Shown here piece after piece: positions 54,798-55,795 of a DNA stretch of 55,795 nt (its first letter is position 1; each line of letters starts with the position of its first letter). A program made the position numbers and the translations under genes. The DNA lies in IMG/VR virus record IMGVR_UViG_3300007640_000041, positions 1 to 55,795 of that record, one strand, 5' to 3'. The notes beneath the pieces were generated by a model. The model made no database searches. It worked only from the letters and a program-made list of their open reading frames with translations, and had not been told where the DNA came from. The DNA is from a virus (Duplodnaviria; Caudoviricetes).

Positions 54798-55192
54798 TTA
54801 TTTGACTTTCGGAATTTGAATGCTCCCCAAAGGATGCTATATTCGGTGTATGCATTCGGCTTCATGGGGGTAACGGCAGGGGCCTCAACCTGTTTTGCCA
54901 CGGGATTGGTTGGCTTGGCGTTTCGGTCAACGGCACGCTTGACCGTACTGAGAGACACGCCGACTCGATCGGAGATTGCGGCATAAGTAAGTCCCTGCTT
55001 GCGAAGACGCACAATGCTTTTGTCGTGAATACGGGCTGGAGTTTTTTTGTAGTTTTCCATTTTTTTGTTTTTTAGAATTAAATTGACCTTTGTTTGGCTA
55101 ATCCCCCATATCGTGGAGATTTCTTTTACGGATTTGTTTTGGGCAAAGTGCAGTCTTCGTACTGCAGTTGTGATGTCTGTGTTTGTGTTCAT
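54794..55192 (-). CDS. Tandem helix-turn-helix protein
   Basis: SVKEISTIWGISQTKV and GLTYAAISDRVGVSLSTVKR. Confidence 0.7.
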   Translation of the reverse strand: MNTNTDITTAVRRLHFAQNKSVKEISTIWGISQTKVNLILKNKKMENYKKTPARIHDKSIVRLRKQGLTYAAISDRVGVSLSTVKRAVDRNAKPTNPVAKQVEAPAVTPMKPNAYTEYSILWGAFKFRKSNK

Positions 55193-55794
55193 GATTTTTC
55201 GATGTCGTCGATGCCGTGGATGCGGCACTCGAAGTTCAGTTTCTCGCACAACCCCTTGAGGTTGTAAGTAACCGATTCCTCATTGTAGCTACCCACCTTG
55301 TCGCGCATCCAGTCGAGGTCAAGCTCTTCTTCGAGGTCAACATCTCGTGAGAACGACACCTCGAAGTCACCGACGTATTCGTTCTCTTCGATGCGGATTG
55401 TCTGTCCTCGGAGTTCATTGCAAGCGTCGTTAACACCCTGCTTGATGCCTTCACGGAAGATGGCGATGGCTACGTCACGTGGGATGACGGGCATAGTGGC
55501 TCGCTCTTCGAGGTCGCGGTATGCTTGGCATCCGCACGGCCCGCTTGATGCTTCTTTCTCCTTGCGGAGCTTTTCGTTCTCACGCTCCAGTAGCACGATG
55601 TCGTCGTACTGACCTTGCACCTTGGATTCGAGCTCCTCGACAAGCTTGGTCAGTGCCTCTTCACGTCCTGTAGATTCTTGTTTGTTCATGGCTTGTTGTT
55701 TTGCAAGTTGTTGACGAAAGTCCATTGATTCGATTGTTGATTCCGCCGCAGAGATAGCGTTCTCGCAGTAGCGGATGGCGGCACGGAGTTCGGC
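55189..55794 (-). CDS. Coiled-coil hypothetical protein, 5' truncated by window edge
   Basis: Frame stays open upstream of ATG 55725 to the end of the window (AELRAAIRYCENAISAAESTIES-MDF...). Confidence 0.65.
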   Translation of the reverse strand, partial: AELRAAIRYCENAISAAESTIESMDFRQQLAKQQAMNKQESTGREEALTKLVEELESKVQGQYDDIVLLERENEKLRKEKEASSGPCGCQAYRDLEERATMPVIPRDVAIAIFREGIKQGVNDACNELRGQTIRIEENEYVGDFEVSFSRDVDLEEELDLDWMRDKVGSYNEESVTYNLKGLCEKLNFECRIHGIDDIEKS

Positions 55795-55795
55795 C

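Noticed and set aside
1-55795. Stop-codon reassignment as in some crAss-like phages
   Set aside because: Standard code gives long uninterrupted genes and dense packing; no suppressor tRNA

Overview
The whole window reads as part of a lytic, podovirus-type dsDNA phage of Bacteroidota (probably aquatic Flavobacteriales). Its virion module follows the crAss-like order: GroES-like, TerS?, TerL, portal, tail fibres, scaffold-like, MCP, ring proteins, tail stabilisation, cargo proteins, a 3103-aa giant protein, holin. Late genes run on + from about 1.5 to 43.9 kb; early and replication genes run on - (1-734 and 43.9-55.8 kb). The - block holds a class II RNR, an EndoI-like resolvase, a primase-helicase, a DUF1599-like protein, an SSB, a RecE-like nuclease with a Rad52/Sak-like annealase, and HTH proteins. 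Bacteroidota TAnnTTTG promoter cores precede most transcription units, several placed so the mRNA would be leaderless. Main oddities: a pappalysin-like M43 protease with signal peptide and T9SS-like C-terminal sorting motif; a giant virion protein with no RNAP catalytic motif but with zincin-like and HhH-like modules and an A10 slippery site; a rare tRNA-Ile(UAU) beside tRNA-Arg(UCU); long hairpins flanking the first early genes; a candidate sRNA; nucleotide-level repeats at tail-fibre module junctions. No integrase, DNA polymerase, RT or CRISPR array was seen. All family calls come from reading motifs by eye, not from database searches.
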